From assembly GCA_005768725.1 (NCBI GenBank), contig VAFM01000002.1:546048-610047 (forward strand): a stretch of DNA of 64,000 bases, given 5' to 3'. This DNA comes from Blastochloris viridis (lineage in GTDB: Bacteria; Pseudomonadota; Alphaproteobacteria; UBA2136; UBA6156). Position 1 is the first letter of the stretch. Each line of letters starts with the position of its first letter. The position numbers and the translations under genes are program-made. Positions 29,912-39,145 of this stretch are shown here, one piece after another. The notes under the pieces were generated by a model. That model had not been told where the DNA came from. It worked only from the letters and a program-made list of their open reading frames with translations, and searched no databases.

Positions 29912-30523
29912 ATGTCCGACGTCCCCACGTCTCCTATGTCCAATGGCTCCGGTTCCAATGCCGAAACCGCCAGCCTTGAAGCCGCTCTCGGCGCCGTGCT
30001 CAACAAGCACCTCGCCAAGGGTAACGCCCAGTTCCGTGCCCGATTGCTCAACCAGATGGTGCAGCTGGCCCGCCATGGTAATTTCGCCGAAACCTTTATC
30101 CGCACCACGCCAGAAGGCACCGATATGGTGAACTTTGCCCGTATGTGGGAATATGTTCTGGTGCAGGCTGACCGCCAAACCCGCGGTTATGTGGCCAAGA
30201 CCAGCCGTAACGAATTTGAACAGACCCGCAAGGATTTTGAAGACTGTGTCGATTTCATGGTCAGCAAACTCCGCAGCGCCAGCCAACGCCACAAGCTGGA
30301 TCTCTCTGGTACCAACTTTATCTCCCGCGTGGCTCAGCGTTACGGTATCGCCGACAAGGTCCGCAAGGCTCCCAGTCTGAGTGCCAAGCCGAGCGATGAA
30401 CAGGTTGACGCCTTTGCCCCGCAGGCAGCTGCACCCGTGCAGGCCGAAGAGGCTGCCCGCCCCGCGCGCGTTCCGGCCCAGCCGAAGGCCGCCACGGTGA
30501 TGCCGGACGTTGACGATCTCTAG
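29912..30523 (+). CDS. hypothetical protein (~203 aa)
   Basis: aaagaaagg RBS then ATG; soluble; Ala/Pro-rich C-terminal tail; terminator follows. Confidence 0.45.
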   Translation: MSDVPTSPMSNGSGSNAETASLEAALGAVLNKHLAKGNAQFRARLLNQMVQLARHGNFAETFIRTTPEGTDMVNFARMWEYVLVQADRQTRGYVAKTSRNEFEQTRKDFEDCVDFMVSKLRSASQRHKLDLSGTNFISRVAQRYGIADKVRKAPSLSAKPSDEQVDAFAPQAAAPVQAEEAARPARVPAQPKAATVMPDVDDL

Positions 30524-30553
30524 TGGGTGGTCGCTTACCGACAGCCCAAGCCC

Positions 30554-30582
30554 CCGCATCTGCGGGGGTTTTTGGTACGTTG
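30554..30582 (+). terminator. rho-independent terminator
   Basis: agcccccgcatctgcgggggttttt. Confidence 0.8.
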
Positions 30583-30689
30583 CGATGTCGCAGTGGCGTG
30601 CCACATGAAACATCAGAAGACGCGGGAGGACTGGTCAGACGCCCAAATGTACCGTAAGGTCTGGTTCAGTAACGAGAGAAGGAGCCCCC

Positions 30690-31028
30690 ATGGCTGGTAA
30701 AGATGGCATGTCGACGGTAAGCACCATCGTCGTTTTCGGTGTATTGATCGGTGTCTGTGTCTGGGGGTTGATGATCGCCTCCGCCCAAGGTGAGCGCCGC
30801 CTGGAACAGGCCTGCAAGCCGATCGAATATGCCACCCAGTTCCTCCATGAAATGGCCACAACCGTCTCTGGCCGCCAGCCGACCTGGAGTCTGTACGTCC
30901 AGCGTTACCTGATGACCGGCTGCTACTACGGTTTCAGCATTGTCTTCTCCGAAACGCTTGAGCAAAACCCCCTGAGCGGTGTGCCGGTCACTATTGAGGA
31001 TCAGGGTGTCGGCGGTATCCACCAATAA
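30690..31028 (+). CDS. small membrane protein (112 aa)
   Basis: RBS agaaggag; TM helix IVVFGVLIGVCVWGLMIASA. Confidence 0.45.
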   Translation: MAGKDGMSTVSTIVVFGVLIGVCVWGLMIASAQGERRLEQACKPIEYATQFLHEMATTVSGRQPTWSLYVQRYLMTGCYYGFSIVFSETLEQNPLSGVPVTIEDQGVGGIHQ

Positions 31029-31045
31029 GCCTCCAGATGCCTGAA

Positions 31046-31075
31046 AAAGCCGCCGGAAGGGCGGCTTTTTCAGAG
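31046..31075. terminator. bidirectional rho-independent terminator
   Basis: aaaaagccgccggaagggcggcttttt between convergent genes. Confidence 0.8.
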
Positions 31076-31082
31076 CGAAGCG

Positions 31083-32495
31083 TTAGAACATCTCCGAGAG
31101 CTTGGCGTCCACATGGCCTGCCTGTACATGGGCAAACGCGGTCAGTTGCTGCAGGTCCATCACCACTTCCGGCTGGTCTGGCAGGCTGGGTAGCTCGTGC
31201 CAGCGCTTCAGCACCGCGGTGTGGCGTCCTGCGTCCGGCGTTAGTTTCAGAACCGGACCCCACATGTGCGTGTGGATCAGTAAGGTAAAGCAGCCATTGC
31301 TGGCATTCTGGCCGTCATGCTCACGGGCGATGAAACCAGCTTCCTGCAACTGGTTGGCCAGGTGCGGCCATGCCGGGTGTTGCAAGCCGCCGCTGGTATC
31401 CCACAGGCCAAGGGTTTGGCGCAGGGTGGGCTTCAAGAGCGGTGCTAGCACATGCAACAGCGCTTCCTGTTTTAGCCAGACGCTGCCATCGGCCAGTTTC
31501 AGGCAGGTGGTGCCACTGTCCAGGCTGGAAGCAGGTTCCAGTTCGTTCAGCAGGGCGGGCCACTGGCTGGCCATATTCGTGCGCAGTTCGTCCAGTTGTT
31601 CGGCGTCCATCTGGTCCAGTTCGCGCACATCCAGTTGCTGGAGCTGGGCATCGGCACGCCACAGATAATCAACAATTTCGCGCGCCAGCGGCGTGCTGTT
31701 CAGGGGCAACTGGTGGGGTGTCGCGTGGTAGCGCAGGGCTATCAGCAGAGTGCGTTGTAATTCTTCACCTTCAGCAGTGCCTTTCATCGCGCGGAACGCC
31801 GGGAACGTGGAGAGCAGAAAGGCGGTAATGCCGCCATGGGCTTGGCAACGCTGCGTGAACTTCACGCTATCGCGCTTCCAGAAATGGCTGAGTGGCGCGC
31901 TGCTGCGCTTCTCCACAAAGGCATGGACTAAGGCCAGATCCTTCGAGAGTGCCGCAATACGATGCCAGTGGGTCGCACCGGGGATCTGCCGCATCACCTG
32001 CCAACGGGCAACGGCCAGCTCATACAGGCTGGCGAACTCGCGGCCGGGGCTGGCTTCGTGGCGTTTGTTCTGGGCATTCAGATTGACCGGCCAGTGACGA
32101 TAACCCTGCAGAAAACCAATCAATTCCGCTTCCAGCGGGTGCAATCCCGGCCAGTCCGGCGGAGCCACCAGTTGCGGCAGGAACTTGGTCAGAGACATCT
32201 TGAAGGGAGTGGTGGATTTTCCGTCCGGCGTCGCCATCTGGAATTCGGTGCCGAACTCATCCGTTACTCCGGCTTCAAACCCGGTGGAGAGATTGCGACG
32301 CATATCGCCCAGCAGGGTGGCGGCCCATACCAGTACAAAACCGGCCAGTGCGCCGCCCGCTAAGAGCAGAACACTTCCGGCATAACGATGCGTATCAAGG
32401 CCAGTCCCGAGCAAAACACTCCAGACCACGTGGGCTGCCCACAAAAACATCATCAAAAGACTCATCACCAGAACGGCGCGACCTCTAGGTCCCAT
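31083..32495 (-). CDS. hypothetical membrane-anchored protein (two N-terminal TM helices plus a large cytoplasmic domain); start uncertain (ORF extends to 32639)
   Basis: TM helices VLVMSLLMMFLWAAHVVWSVLL and SVLLLAGGALAGFVLVWAATLL; no confident catalytic motif. Opposite strand to the surrounding pilus genes. Confidence 0.4.
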   Translation of the reverse strand: MGPRGRAVLVMSLLMMFLWAAHVVWSVLLGTGLDTHRYAGSVLLLAGGALAGFVLVWAATLLGDMRRNLSTGFEAGVTDEFGTEFQMATPDGKSTTPFKMSLTKFLPQLVAPPDWPGLHPLEAELIGFLQGYRHWPVNLNAQNKRHEASPGREFASLYELAVARWQVMRQIPGATHWHRIAALSKDLALVHAFVEKRSSAPLSHFWKRDSVKFTQRCQAHGGITAFLLSTFPAFRAMKGTAEGEELQRTLLIALRYHATPHQLPLNSTPLAREIVDYLWRADAQLQQLDVRELDQMDAEQLDELRTNMASQWPALLNELEPASSLDSGTTCLKLADGSVWLKQEALLHVLAPLLKPTLRQTLGLWDTSGGLQHPAWPHLANQLQEAGFIAREHDGQNASNGCFTLLIHTHMWGPVLKLTPDAGRHTAVLKRWHELPSLPDQPEVVMDLQQLTAFAHVQAGHVDAKLSEMF

Positions 32496-32660
32496 ACGGC
32501 ACTTTTCCTTTGTGAGAGCGTGGCTTTCCAAGGTTCCGCTGCGGTTGCAGCATTGTCTTTTGGTCACACTCCGGTCATCAGATGCGGCTGGGCCACTCCC
32601 AGACCGCCATACAACTATGATAGCGTCACATCCAACCAATAACAGTCAAGCACGTCGGGC

Positions 32661-33992
32661 ATGTCCATGAAACTTTTTCAGACCCTACCGCAGCAAACCC
32701 GCATCAACCTGAGCGGGATGCGCCACGCATTCTGGGCCGTCGCTCTCGCGTCCACGGTGCTCAGCACAGCGTCTGCCGCACCCTCACTACCGGTACCGGG
32801 CTATGTCGCGCCGGTCGTCGGCACCGATGTAGCACCCTATGTCGATGATACGCGCGGGGTTTACATTCCGCCGCACCAGCAACTGCGCCAGAAAACCGAT
32901 TCCGAACTGGCCAACTGGGATGCGGTGATGGAAACCAACCGTCCGCTCTACGCCCAGCAAAACCCGGCTGGCCGCCAGTATGAGCGCGCCCTTAACACGG
33001 TCGCTTCCGGTGTCGCCGACACCCGCAGCGAACTGGACCGCATTGCCGGCGACCCTGGCCTTCTGCAAGGCGGCAAGCCCAAGGCCGATGCCGACCTGTA
33101 CGCGCAGGATGAATACGCCGACAACACCGAAACACTGTCGATGAATGGCCGTCAATTGGCCCAGAACACCCGCGCCAGCCAACCGCGCGGTCTGGAAGAT
33201 TACCCCTCGCTGGCCACCGGTGGTCGTCCTCGCACCCAGGCAGGCGTGGATATCGGTGCGGCTCCGTCAGCAGCCGCTGCGCCGTCCGCGCCTTCATCCT
33301 CCGCTATGAGCGATGGCGGTGTTGAACTGGCCGTCGGCGGTCCGGCTGGCCGTTCCGACCTCGACCTCCAGAACGGTATCGTCCGCCTGAAGGAAGAACG
33401 TATTTCCGTCCGCCGCGCCATGCAGCGCATGCTCGACCAGGTTGGCGGTGCAGGCTGGACAGTGGTGTGGGACCTTGATGAGGTTAACGCCGGTCTGCCG
33501 GATATGGAGATTAGCATTTACGCTGAAGAGCCGTTCATCAAGGTGATGAATGCCATGCTTGCCCGTCTGCAAACCCGCAGCGGCCAGCCGATCCGCGTGA
33601 TCAAGTACGATAAGACCCAGCGTCTGGTTGTCACCGACCGTACCGGCGGCGACGCCCGTAGCGGCAGCATCGGTGCCGGTGGAGCCGCAGGCGGTAACGT
33701 TGCGATCACCGAGACCGTGCTGAAGGAAAGCACCATCAGCCTCCACTACGATGAAATTCCGCTGGTCGATGCGCTGGAAAACATTGTGAACCAGGCTGGT
33801 AAGGGCCAGTGGCGCCTGCGTATGTACGCCGGTACCGACCAGGTCCTGAAGCCTGCCCACGTCGAAGAACCCTTCGGTGTTGCCCTTGAGCGTATCCTTA
33901 AGGTGTTTAACCTGCGTTACGAAATCTTCCCCGGTGGCAAGCTTATCGTGGTGACCAGTGGCAGCACGTTTGGTTTCCGCGGCGTAGAATAA
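32661..33992 (+). CDS. periplasmic pilus-biogenesis accessory protein with two tandem TcpQ/PilL-family (STN-like) domains
   Basis: Signal peptide; two ~80-aa repeats (…GWTVVWDLD…EEPFIKVMNAMLARL…RLVVTDRTG and …GQWRLRMYAG…EEPFGVALERILKV…KLIVVTSG). Located immediately upstream of the secretin gene. Confidence 0.55.
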   Translation: MSMKLFQTLPQQTRINLSGMRHAFWAVALASTVLSTASAAPSLPVPGYVAPVVGTDVAPYVDDTRGVYIPPHQQLRQKTDSELANWDAVMETNRPLYAQQNPAGRQYERALNTVASGVADTRSELDRIAGDPGLLQGGKPKADADLYAQDEYADNTETLSMNGRQLAQNTRASQPRGLEDYPSLATGGRPRTQAGVDIGAAPSAAAAPSAPSSSAMSDGGVELAVGGPAGRSDLDLQNGIVRLKEERISVRRAMQRMLDQVGGAGWTVVWDLDEVNAGLPDMEISIYAEEPFIKVMNAMLARLQTRSGQPIRVIKYDKTQRLVVTDRTGGDARSGSIGAGGAAGGNVAITETVLKESTISLHYDEIPLVDALENIVNQAGKGQWRLRMYAGTDQVLKPAHVEEPFGVALERILKVFNLRYEIFPGGKLIVVTSGSTFGFRGVE

Positions 33993-34008
33993 GAAGAAGT
34001 AGAAAACG

Positions 34009-36015
34009 ATGACCCGTCCCAGCATGATGCCTTTCAGTTCGCAACCCTCCGGCAAACTGTTCTGCCGCGCTTCAGCCCTTGTTCTGGTAGCTGCTGCTTT
34101 GGCATCGTGCAACGGTATCTCGTACACTCAGCGCCAGTCTCCGGCCAATCCATACAAAGATTTCAAAGAGAAGAACCAGTCTAACGCCTCGGTGCTGGGT
34201 ATGGGCGAGCCGATCAGCTCGCGCCAGATGACCGCCAACGCCACGCTGTCGCTCAATGGCCAGTACACGCTGGCCGAGGTAATGCAGCGCGTGGCCGGTA
34301 CCTATAATACCGCTATCCGCTGGGGCAACGGCGCCCGCCGCGAAAAGCGCGAGAACGTGACCATCAACAAGCTGACCTTCGATGAAGCGCGTAACTATAT
34401 CGAAGATGTTTACGATATCCAGATCATCAAGGAAGGCGAACGCCGCCTGCTGATTCTGCCGTCGGCCTCCGAACCGCGCCTGACAGCCTTCAACCCGGGC
34501 AACAACGTCAGCCTGTCGCAGGCACTGCGCGGTCTGGCCGAGCAATGTAACTACAACCTCGTCATTAACGAGAACCGCGAGCAGATCAACAGCATCCGCG
34601 TGACCGCCAACCTCAAGAACGTCACCTGCTACGACGCGTTTGAAGCCCTGCTCAATCCGCACGGTCTCAGCATCATCAACGCAGGCGACTACATGACCGT
34701 CGGTGGCCTGCCGCAACGCCAGTGGACACTGAACCTGTACGAGCCGCAGCGCACCGAAACCGTGGAAGTGAACTACTCGTCCGACTTCTCCGCAGCCACC
34801 GGCGGCGGTACCGGCAGCAGCAGCGGTGGCGGCTCGTCCGAGTCTTCCAGCGGTGCCCAAAGCGCCGGTGGCAGCACCAAGGTCAGCGTCAAATACGACC
34901 GTAACCTCTGGAAAGATCTGCAGGAAGATCTGGACGAATTGGTCAAGAGCAACTGTATCCGCCCGCTGGATGCCGGTGTGGTGCAGCCCGCCACGGCCAG
35001 CCTGCTGCCACCACCGGATGGCAGCACGCCGGATCCGTCTCTGGTTCCGCCGCAAGATCCCTCTATGGCAGGCGTAGGCGGTAGTAGTACGGGCTCTTCA
35101 AGCTCGGGCATGACCGACGACGCAAGCGCTGCAGCACAGTGTGGTTATGTGCGTATCAACAGCGCGGTCGGTCTCATCCAGATGCGTGCACCACGTGCCG
35201 TGCTCGACGAAGCCGATGAAATCATTCAACGTGTGCAGGATATCGCCAGCCGCCGTCTGCTGCTGGAAGCCCGTGTGCTGGCTGTCAGTCGCAACCGCAA
35301 TTTCAACCAGCAGGCTAACCTCAAGGTGGGCAGCAACAAGCTGAACACCGGTGCCGGCTTTAGCGGTAGCGTCACCGCGGCGCTCAATAACATGCTGCCG
35401 ACTTTCACGGCCACCGACATGACCACCGTGGGCGGTATCGCTGTCAAGAGTGGTTCGCTGGATGCCGTGATAGCGTTGCTGGAACAGTACGGCACTACCT
35501 ATGAGCTGATGCATCCGATGATGGAGCTGATGGACCGCCAGCGCGCCACTCTGATTGATGGCCGTAACGAGAAGTACTACGTGGTTACCACCGATACCAC
35601 GACCGATTCTGGCACCACCACCAGCACCAGCGAAGTGGAAGAGCGCAGCCAGTTCCTGGGCCTGCAGTTCTCCGCCACAGCGCAGGTGAGCGACAGCCCG
35701 GAAGAGCCGCACACCATCAGCCTGCAGATTCCGATCACCTCGCTGGCCAAAACCATCGATATTCCGAATGGTGACGGTACCACGGCCGGTGTCGCTCCTG
35801 TCGCCAACACCCGTCTTATCGACCAGAAGGTGCGTATCCGCGATAACGAGATCAAAGTCATCGGTGGTTTGACCAAGACCATTGCGATTGATACCGAATC
35901 CGGCGTGCCGCTGATCCGCGATATCCCGGCGCTGGGCAAGCTGGCCAACGAAGAAGCGATCCAGTACGAGAACGTCGAGTTTGTAATTTTGCTACAGGTG
36001 CGTCGTCTCTATTAA
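34009..36015 (+). CDS. lipoprotein secretin (PilN/BfpB/TcpC-like, type IVb pilus outer-membrane channel)
   Basis: Lipobox ALASC; C-terminal secretin motif KVIGGLTKT...GVPLIRDIPALGKLANEE...VEFVILLQVRRL; Gly/Ser-rich linker; 668 aa. Confidence 0.85.
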   Translation: MTRPSMMPFSSQPSGKLFCRASALVLVAAALASCNGISYTQRQSPANPYKDFKEKNQSNASVLGMGEPISSRQMTANATLSLNGQYTLAEVMQRVAGTYNTAIRWGNGARREKRENVTINKLTFDEARNYIEDVYDIQIIKEGERRLLILPSASEPRLTAFNPGNNVSLSQALRGLAEQCNYNLVINENREQINSIRVTANLKNVTCYDAFEALLNPHGLSIINAGDYMTVGGLPQRQWTLNLYEPQRTETVEVNYSSDFSAATGGGTGSSSGGGSSESSSGAQSAGGSTKVSVKYDRNLWKDLQEDLDELVKSNCIRPLDAGVVQPATASLLPPPDGSTPDPSLVPPQDPSMAGVGGSSTGSSSSGMTDDASAAAQCGYVRINSAVGLIQMRAPRAVLDEADEIIQRVQDIASRRLLLEARVLAVSRNRNFNQQANLKVGSNKLNTGAGFSGSVTAALNNMLPTFTATDMTTVGGIAVKSGSLDAVIALLEQYGTTYELMHPMMELMDRQRATLIDGRNEKYYVVTTDTTTDSGTTTSTSEVEERSQFLGLQFSATAQVSDSPEEPHTISLQIPITSLAKTIDIPNGDGTTAGVAPVANTRLIDQKVRIRDNEIKVIGGLTKTIAIDTESGVPLIRDIPALGKLANEEAIQYENVEFVILLQVRRLY

Positions 36016-36166
36016 GCTCAAATGCCCGCGGCCTCTAGCCGAAACAGGGCAAATCAGGGCAACATAGAATCCAAGGTCTGTCTGCCGGTGTGGGGCGGTG
36101 CGTAATCTCTTACGCCCCGCACGGGTAAGACCAAGAGGAGGAAAAACCATTAACACGCCCCTGCCC

Positions 36167-38017
36167 ATGCAGAACCCGCTCCCGCCGGAAGCTACACCGG
36201 CGCAGGAGGCTGGTGCCGCGTTGCCGCCGCAAACGTCCTTGCCACAAGGCGTTCCGATGCCGATCAGCCTGAGCCCGACGCCGCAGGTCCAGGTGGGGGG
36301 AGAAGAACTTTCCCCGCGCGAGGAGATGTATCAGAGCATTCTGAAGATTCTGCATGCCTCGAACGATCTCGGTATCGACCGCATGGCGCACGCGCATCTG
36401 GAGAAGGCGCTGGTCAGCGCCAGCAGCAAGCAGCTGGTGGTGCGTGACCTCATTAACCAGAAGATCATTAACCGCGTCCAGCTGGCCCGCGCCATGGCAC
36501 GCTACAACCGCGCGCGTGAGCTTCTCTCGATTCTCGATATTCCCGCCGAAGCGCAGGCCCTCCGCTCCGAACTGCAGCCACGTCTGCGCACCGTGCTGCG
36601 CCGCGAACGTATTATTCCGATGTCCATCCGCAAGGAGGAAAGTGGCGCGATCACCGACGTCCACTTTGCCCACGACAGCCCGCTGCGCGACTTGGTGCTG
36701 GAAGCCAACCTGCGGGAATTCTTCCCCCCTACCGCCAAAATTCACTGGCACTTCTGCCTGCGCGAAGTGGCGGGTGCGTTCTGGATGGCCGGCGAATCGG
36801 AAAGCATCGACTCCGACATGGAGGCCGAAGCCCTGCTTGACCGTATCATCACCAACGCCATCGATGCCCGCTCCTCGGATATTCACATCGACCCGTCGAT
36901 CAAGGGTGAGCCGCGCGCCATCATCAAGTACCGTATCGATGGTTTCGTGCACCCCAAAGAGGTGATCACCACCGAGCAGCTGGAACGCCTGCGCGTGCGT
37001 ATTGAGAACTTGGCGCGTATGCCGAAAGTGAACCTCAATTACGCCAACAAGGGCGCGTTCACGCGTTCGGGGTACGACTGGCGTGTCCAGATCCAGCCGC
37101 ACGCGGGCCGTCTGGGCCCGGTGCCGCGTCTGGTCCTGCGTCGTCTGCAGCCGGATGTCATGCCGCTCGAAGTGCTGGGTTATCCGCCTGACTTCATTGA
37201 AAAGATCAAGACTGCCGCCGGCTCGCCGAACGGGGTTATTTTCTGGACCGGGCCGACCGGGAGCGGCAAAACCGAAGCGATTCACTCCGCCGTGGTCAGT
37301 GCCAACCCGATGGCCAAGGGCCTCTCGGTCCATACCATTGAAGACCCGCCCGAAAAGCGCGTGCCCGGTTATGCCGTGCAGATGGAGATTGCCAGTGAAG
37401 ACCCCAACCGTACCGGTCTGCAGCTCATGAAATCGTCGCTGCGTGCCGACCCGGATGTGGTGATCTTTGGTGAGGTACGTGACTCGGAAATGGCCAAACT
37501 GGTGTTCGAAGCCGCCAACACCGGTCACTTGGTGTTCACAACGCTCCACACCAACACCGCGTTGGATGCGATCGCGCGTCTAGATGAGCTCGGCATCAAC
37601 GGCTTCCTGCTGTCCTATGTCCGCGGTATCGCAGCACAGCGTCTGGTGCGTCGTCTGTGCGGTCACTGCAAACTGCCGATGCAAGAGCCGGATGATTACA
37701 CCCGTTACGTCTTCGACCGCTACAACGTGCCGCTGAGTGGCGCCAACCTGTTCGTGGCCAATAACGAAGGTTGTGCCAACTGCAACTACACCGGTTACTA
37801 TGGCCGTATCGCCGCCGCCGAATGGCTCAAGCCGACGCGCGAGATCGTTGAAGCCAGTACCGAAAAGAACTACGCCGACCTGGAAGATATGGCTAAGCGT
37901 GCCGGCTGGCAGCCGATGGGCCGTATGGGCGTGCAGCATGTCAAGAACGGCATTACCGACGCGACCGAACTGTCCACCAAGATTCTCGAGCTCGCCGCCG
38001 AGACGCTGACGGGATAA
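36167..38017 (+). CDS. GspE/PilB-family secretion ATPase (type IVb pilus assembly ATPase)
   Basis: Walker A WTGPTGSGKT, Asp box, Walker B VVIFGEVRD, His box LVFTTLHTNTA, tetracysteine CGHC...CANC. The ORF extends upstream to 36098, where aagaggagg is followed by an in-frame ATT. Confidence 0.92.
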   Translation: MQNPLPPEATPAQEAGAALPPQTSLPQGVPMPISLSPTPQVQVGGEELSPREEMYQSILKILHASNDLGIDRMAHAHLEKALVSASSKQLVVRDLINQKIINRVQLARAMARYNRARELLSILDIPAEAQALRSELQPRLRTVLRRERIIPMSIRKEESGAITDVHFAHDSPLRDLVLEANLREFFPPTAKIHWHFCLREVAGAFWMAGESESIDSDMEAEALLDRIITNAIDARSSDIHIDPSIKGEPRAIIKYRIDGFVHPKEVITTEQLERLRVRIENLARMPKVNLNYANKGAFTRSGYDWRVQIQPHAGRLGPVPRLVLRRLQPDVMPLEVLGYPPDFIEKIKTAAGSPNGVIFWTGPTGSGKTEAIHSAVVSANPMAKGLSVHTIEDPPEKRVPGYAVQMEIASEDPNRTGLQLMKSSLRADPDVVIFGEVRDSEMAKLVFEAANTGHLVFTTLHTNTALDAIARLDELGINGFLLSYVRGIAAQRLVRRLCGHCKLPMQEPDDYTRYVFDRYNVPLSGANLFVANNEGCANCNYTGYYGRIAAAEWLKPTREIVEASTEKNYADLEDMAKRAGWQPMGRMGVQHVKNGITDATELSTKILELAAETLTG

Positions 38018-38023
38018 CGGCAT

Positions 38024-39112
38024 ATGGGCATTCAGTTTGGTAAAGCCGGGTTCAATACCTCCGACCGTATCGATTTTTTCAAGACCCTGTCGGGCTGGAT
38101 GAACTCCGGCGCCGGGCAGATGTCGCTGGGTGAAGCCGTGGCCAACACCACACAGGGTTTCAGTCAGGAAGAATACGCCACGCTGGCCCCGCAGATGAGC
38201 ATGATCGAGCGCGACGTGGCTGGTGGTCAGACACCGCTGTATCAGGCCCTGGCCATGGCCAACGTCGGCTTCAAACCGCAGGAATTGGCCATCATCGAGG
38301 CTGCGGAAAAAGGGAACCAATTGCGCCAGGCCTTGCCGGCACTGGTCGAGGCGCTGGAAGTCGAAAGCTCCGGCCGACGCGACCTGATGTCGAAAATGGC
38401 GGGCCCGATCATTATCGGCGTGATGCTGATCGCGCTGTCGATCGGGGTACTGATTTTCATGCTGCCGATGGTGATCCAGCCGGTACTTGACCGTAATGCC
38501 GAAGCGCTGATGAAGTTTCCGTTTATTCTACGCATGTTCTGGTACACTTCGGTCTGGCTACGCGCCAACCCGATGATACCGATCGTGTTGGTGGGGGTTC
38601 TCGTAGCGGGTCTGCTGCTGCGCAATGCACCGTTGGTCCAGCCGCACTGGATCCGTTTCACCATGTGGTGGGGCGTGACCCGTAAGCTGATTCTGGGCTT
38701 CAACGCGATGGTCTCGGTCTTCTTCATTCCGGCGCTGGTGCGCTCCGGCATGCCGACCTACATGGTGCTGGAGCAAATGGCTTACTGTGTCAGTCACCCT
38801 CTTATCCGCAGCCAGTATCTGGCCGCTGCCGAAGATCACCGCAATGGGATGCGTATGAGCCAGGCCGTGGAAGGCCTGCCGTTCCGCGCCTCGTTTTTCA
38901 ACGCCATCGTGGCGGGCGAGTCCACCGGTGCCATCGCGGCCCGTGTGGAAGACCTCCAGCTGGCCTACAAACTGGAGCTTGAGCGCTATATCCGTCAGGT
39001 TTCTGCAACCCTCAAGTTCATCGTGATGACCGTGCTGCTGCCGTTGTTCATTATCTGCACCTATACCTCGCTGGTGGGGCCGATCTTCGCGCTGATGGAA
39101 TACGGACGCTAG
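38024..39112 (+). CDS. GspF/PilC-family inner-membrane platform protein
   Basis: 362 aa, three TM segments, duplicated GspF-type cytoplasmic domains; follows the ATPase with a 6-nt gap. Confidence 0.85.
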   Translation: MGIQFGKAGFNTSDRIDFFKTLSGWMNSGAGQMSLGEAVANTTQGFSQEEYATLAPQMSMIERDVAGGQTPLYQALAMANVGFKPQELAIIEAAEKGNQLRQALPALVEALEVESSGRRDLMSKMAGPIIIGVMLIALSIGVLIFMLPMVIQPVLDRNAEALMKFPFILRMFWYTSVWLRANPMIPIVLVGVLVAGLLLRNAPLVQPHWIRFTMWWGVTRKLILGFNAMVSVFFIPALVRSGMPTYMVLEQMAYCVSHPLIRSQYLAAAEDHRNGMRMSQAVEGLPFRASFFNAIVAGESTGAIAARVEDLQLAYKLELERYIRQVSATLKFIVMTVLLPLFIICTYTSLVGPIFALMEYGR

Positions 39113-39145
39113 GACGATGCAGGATTACGAAGGACGACCCACACC

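Noticed and set aside
36110-37549. 479-aa minus-strand ORF antisense to the GspE ATPase gene
   Set aside because: The sense strand has complete Walker A/B, Asp/His boxes and tetracysteine motif.
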